From assembly GCA_019358935.1 (NCBI GenBank), contig JAHHIK010000135.1, positions 1 through 19,569 of the forward strand: a stretch of DNA of 19,569 bases, in the 5' to 3' direction. This document shows positions 17,101 through 19,569 of the stretch, in pieces (position 1 is the first letter of the stretch; each line of letters starts with the position of its first letter). This DNA is from Tolypothrix carrinoi HA7290-LM1. GTDB lineage: Bacteria > Cyanobacteriota > Cyanobacteriia > Cyanobacteriales > Nostocaceae. The notes below the pieces were generated by a model, which had not been told where the DNA came from, made no database searches, and was given only the letters and a program-made list of their open reading frames with translations. The position numbers and the translations under genes are program-made.

Positions 17101-17312
17101 AAGCACGATTGCGTCCTATCCTCATGACAACAGTTTCAACTTTAATCGGCAGCTATCCGCTGCTTGTTGCGACAGGAGCTGGATCTGCCAGCCGACTGTC
17201 ATTGGGGACGGCGGTTTTTGGTGGGATGTTCATTTCTACGTTCTTGAGCTTGTTTGTAGTGCCAGTACTCTACATCATTATTATTAAGATTCGCCAACAG
17301 TTGGTGCGATAG
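14196..17312 (+). CDS. RND efflux permease, HAE1 (AcrB/MexF-like) family
   Basis: FFIKRPVFA, LPVEQYPDI, ERRYAMRIWLDP, GMVVDDAIV proton-relay Asp pair, GLASKNSILIVEFA, RLRPILMT; 1038 aa. Confidence 0.95.
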   Translation: MFADFFIKRPVFAIVCSLIVLVLGLISIPTLPVEQYPDISPVQISVTANYVGASAQIVEETVTSVLERQINGVEGMRYMNSTSSNDGNSTITITFEQGYDINVAASDVQNRVLLAQPKLPEVVRQTGVAVTKQSSGIVLAMALYSEDDRYDDTFISNYADLYVLDSLRRINGVGNVLSFGERRYAMRIWLDPNRLAGRNLTAQDVVNALNQQNLQLGIGAIGQPPAPDGQKFQIDLQAVGRLREAKEFENIILKAGNDGTLIKLKDVGRAELGAESYSTFARYDGHISVGYQIIQIPGSNALEIAKAVKAEMARLAKNFPPGLTYEIPYDSSRFVEASFWEVVKTLIESIVLVVGVIFIFLQDWRTTIVPAIVIPVSLIGTFAFVKVFNFSLNSLTLFGLTLATGMVVDDAIVIVEDVVRLLEEKSISPRQAASEAMHELFGAVIATSLVLMAVFVPVAFFPGTTGQLYKQFALTIAFSTTLSTFNAITFTPAVSAILLRRGQQPRGWLGWFFARVNDFLDWMHRGYQRILGTVIRFKMVVLLLFTVSLVLTGWLYLRVPQAFVPEEDQGYFVNLIQGPDGVSLNYTRSVVMKAEKELLNVPEIEGVFAMGGVSFSGNTPNRGLIMTPLKSWSERQKPEQSVSAILNRVRAPLMGIPEAPVLAVNPPTIQSLGSVGGFVFQLQDRGDQSNRDMNALDQVKNELISRANQTPGLQGVFSTYTANAPQLMVEVDRSKAEAVQIPIDEIFSTLQTFIGSRYVNDFNEFGRTYRVYVQADSQFRSNPKDVGRLYVRSRVGNMIPLSNVVTIKSTTGAQTINHYNLYRSIEINGAAAPGFSSGQAIAAMEKLAAEVLPANFGFEWSGISLEEVESGGQAPIIFSLGVFFVFLVLAAQYNNFVDPFIIMLAVPLAVLGALSTQSLRGLYNDVYCQVGLVMLIGLASKNSILIVEFANQLREQGLSVTKAVVEAAQARLRPILMTTVSTLIGSYPLLVATGAGSASRLSLGTAVFGGMFISTFLSLFVVPVLYIIIIKIRQQLVR

Positions 17313-17347
17313 CGCCTTGCGCGGCTCCCTTTGGGACTGGAGTTTAG

Positions 17348-17371
17348 ACTAGTTCGCGGTGCGAAACTAGT
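17348..17371 (+). terminator. Possible terminator hairpin after the RND gene
   Basis: ACTAGTT-CGC-ggt-GCG-a-AACTAGT stem-loop; no U-tract on the + strand. Confidence 0.35.
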
Positions 17372-17534
17372 GAGACAATAAAGAAAAAATATTCTTAAAG
17401 CTTGAATGAAAAACATAAAATTGAGAGTGATAAAAGCAACGAAATAAATTATATGAAAATTCAACTATTCGTCAAAAGAAAGTAATGTTAATGAAGTAGG
17501 TTATTGCCCGTCATCAAATGTTAGTTTAATTTGG

Positions 17535-18427
17535 TTAACATTCCCTAGTTTGAGAAACTAAACATCGACTGATAATGGTCAAATTATGTGCGATTACTCC
17601 CCAGCCCACACAACGTTTAAATCCCATATCTCCTCTATACAAACAACGTTGGAAACCAAAGCACCGTTTCAAAAAACTAATACGTCCTTCTACACCGTTA
17701 TGCCAATGACGACCCTTTCTAAAATTTCTCTTTCTTTCAGCTTGAATTCGTTGCTTACTTCTATAACCTCCTTTAGGTAATATGACTTGTTTTATTCCTA
17801 ATGATTGAGCATAGTTTTCATTACTTTGAGAGTAAACACCTCTATCACTAGAAACTAGTTTAGGGGGATAGCCAAAATTTTCGAGCCTGTTGGTCAAGAC
17901 TGGAAACTAATTGTTGAGTATCATGAGGGTTGCCCTTTAAATTCCTCCATCAACTTCATCTAACCACACCTTCCGCCCAAACTCTACATCTAGGTTAGGT
18001 TTGCCCCTACATATAATATCTGTATGCACTTCAAATATACTGACAATTTTCTCCGCAGCACTAACTTTTTCTTCAGCTAAGACTCTGCGGGATGCTTGCT
18101 CAACGACTTGTTCTATACGTGGAAGAAAAATTTTCGATTTTTGTAGTATTTTCTGCGATTTAACGGTATCCAAATTATCTAGAATTAACTTCAATTTTTG
18201 AGCCTGTTTAATTGCAGCTTTCGTGACTTCAATCAATTTCATGTAGGCTTGTTTTCTTTTTTGCTTTCCAGATTCATTTCTGGTTTTTGAGAGACTATCA
18301 ATTTGTCTAGATATTCTTCTCGCTGTCCGATAACGATTGCGAAATATCCCCAAGTTCATAGTTTTGGAATTTGCTAAAATAATTGACTTTGATTGAGATA
18401 AAATGCGGCTAATAACCTTGACTCCAT
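17535..18427 (-). pseudogene. Fragmented DDE transposase (ISNCY/IS5-like)
   Basis: EKIVSIFEVHTDIICRGKPNLDVEFGRKVWLDEVDGG, SSDRGVYS, GVEGRISFLKR, GWGVIAHNL; split into two ORFs and missing its N-terminus. Confidence 0.85.
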
Positions 18428-18428
18428 A

Positions 18429-18674
18429 ATAATTTTATTGATAGCAATCGCTTACAGCAGTGCCACAATACAAGGACAACAGATTAAACGCAAAGGCGTT
18501 CATAAATATGTTGGCCGTGTTAAAGAATATGGTCGTACTCAAAGGCGACATAGCAGTTTTTATATTGGCTTATATGGTCACATTTAGGTTAATTTTATGG
18601 AACAATCTAACGACTAACTTATCGATTTAATGAAATTATATCGCAATCAACTCAAGTATTATCAACGGGGTTTA
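18429..18674 (+). pseudogene. C-terminal fragment of an IS4-family transposase (absent from the ORF track)
   Basis: IILLIAIAYSSATIQGQQIKRKGVHKYVGRVKEYGRTQRRHSSFYIGLYGHI*VNFMEQSND*LIDLMKLYRNQLKYYQRGL: two in-frame stops, cut by the IS630 insertion at TA 18675-18676. Confidence 0.78.
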
Positions 18675-19275
18675 TACCAATTTTATATGAAGCTGCATAT
18701 AATAGAGAAAACAAACTCGATAAATTAAAATAACCATGAGCCGCCCTTTTAAGATTGAAATCGCACAAGAGCGAAGAAGAACTTAAAAAACGTCTACAAA
18801 CAGCCAACTTAGGAAACCAGAAAGAAAAGCTTATTATGCTGTGGTGGATAAAAAGCGGGCAGGTTAAGGAGCAGCAAGAAATCGGAAAACGCTTGGCAAA
18901 AGATACTTCAACGGTCACGAGATGGTTACAGAAGTACAGAACTGATGGGCTATCTGAATTATTGAAAATTAAAAAAGCTCTTCTTGTGCAAAACGGAAAA
19001 TTCCTGACGTAGCGATCGCAGCACTCAAAGAAGAGTTAAAGACAGAAAAAGGGTTTAGTAGCTATGGTGCGATAGTCGAGTGGTTGAAAAAAGAGCTTCA
19101 GCTTGATGTCGAGTATGCAACTGTTTATGCCTTGGTTCGATATCAATTAGGAGCGAAGCTAAAAGTACCACGTCCTAAAAGCTACAAGCACTGGCGTTGA
19201 GTTGGTATCAGAGTTTAAAAAAAACTCGGTATCATTCTGAGCAGCCTTGAAAAGCTTTTGGCACGTATCCGTTCA
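18675..19275 (+). mobile_element. 5' part of a decayed IS630-family element (HTH / winged-helix ORF pseudogene)
   Basis: Left end TA|CCAATTTTATATGAAGCTGC; ATG 18736 MSRPFKIEIA, frameshift, SEEELKKRL...STVTRWLQKYRTDGL, frameshift, GFSSYGAIVEWL...LGAKLKVPRP; TTT-A8 slippery site at 19214-19224; DDE domain missing. Confidence 0.85.
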
Positions 19276-19291
19276 GGGGGGGCGATCGTCA

Positions 19292-19380
19292 GAAAAACCC
19301 CTGTCTAAATTTTTGGTGTGCGATCGCTCCTCTGTAGGAGATCGGAGCGAAAAACCCCTGTATCAATTTTTGGTGCGCGA
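19292..19380. repeat. Two 32-bp direct repeats, 57-bp period
   Basis: GAAAAACCCCTGTCTAAATTTTTGGTGTGCGA (19292-19323) and GAAAAACCCCTGTATCAATTTTTGGTGCGCGA (19349-19380). Confidence 0.8.
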
Positions 19381-19446
19381 ACTGACTTGTCAGTGCTTCG
19401 CTATCGTCTGGGGTAATCGCGAGCAAAAACACCCAAAAAAGATTGA

Positions 19447-19569
19447 TACCATTTTGTTAAATACCTGCTACAGATAATGCTTGGATAATGTAATCCCAAG
19501 CTGCCAAAGAAGTGATGACATCAACAGTCAGCGCTTCCAGAATTTTCACTACCCTAGTTTTTAACTCGT
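19447..19569 (-). mobile_element. 3' end of a second copy of the IS630-family element, inverted relative to the left-end copy
   Basis: 19446-19569 is the exact reverse complement of 2-125. Confidence 0.85.

Larger units (their letters stand above)
2162..19327. repeat. Dispersed HIP1 octamers (GCGATCGC)
   Basis: Seen at 2162, 8184, 8661, 9857, 11068, 11714, 19012 and 19320; indicates a cyanobacterial host. Confidence 0.9.

Noticed and set aside
14196..17312. Calling the RND pump cusA/czcA because of the copper context
   Set aside because: Its sequence signatures are HAE1 (AcrB/MexF-like), not HME.
2019..17464. Many short alternative-frame and antisense ORFs (for example 7035-7442, 7724-8101, 8926-9234, 9563-9979, 11057-11401)
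   Set aside because: They overlap well-supported genes and show no recognisable motifs.
19292..19380. CRISPR array
   Set aside because: Only two repeats, a 25-bp spacer, no leader and no cas genes.
19247..19477. 76-aa ORF at the right end
   Set aside because: It spans an IS630 remnant, the direct repeats and another IS end, so it is most likely a chance read-through.

Overview
This is a cyanobacterial window: it has eight HIP1 GCGATCGC octamers, a heptamer STRR array and cyanobacterial-type IS/MITE remnants. It holds a copper-associated island bounded at both ends by inward-facing, identical 124-bp 3' ends of an IS630-family element. The right part (+ strand) encodes a MerR-family metal sensor, then copZ, a PacS/CopA P1B-1 ATPase, a truncated ORF and a CupA-like cupredoxin. 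After a decayed ISKra4 comes a second unit: copZ, a frameshifted flavodoxin, a His-rich secreted protein, an RND adaptor and an HAE1-type RND pump, followed by ISNCY/IS4/IS630 debris. The left part (- strand, divergent from merR) is a five-gene enzyme cluster: heme-oxygenase-like diiron oxidase (HDO), SAM methyltransferase, DUF924, glutathione S-transferase and class I glutamine amidotransferase-like hydrolase. This cluster is preceded by the same MerR-type promoter (identical CTTGACTCTCCA, 20-bp -35/-10 spacer) as both copZ units. The best candidate for an undescribed system is therefore a copper-regulated small-molecule pathway with its own efflux pump. Its layout parallels the CueR-controlled fluopsin (flc)/copZ/mexPQ locus of Pseudomonas aeruginosa, but it has GST plus a possible gamma-glutamyl peptidase instead of the lyases. 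The product and the inducing metal are inferences, not shown by the sequence.
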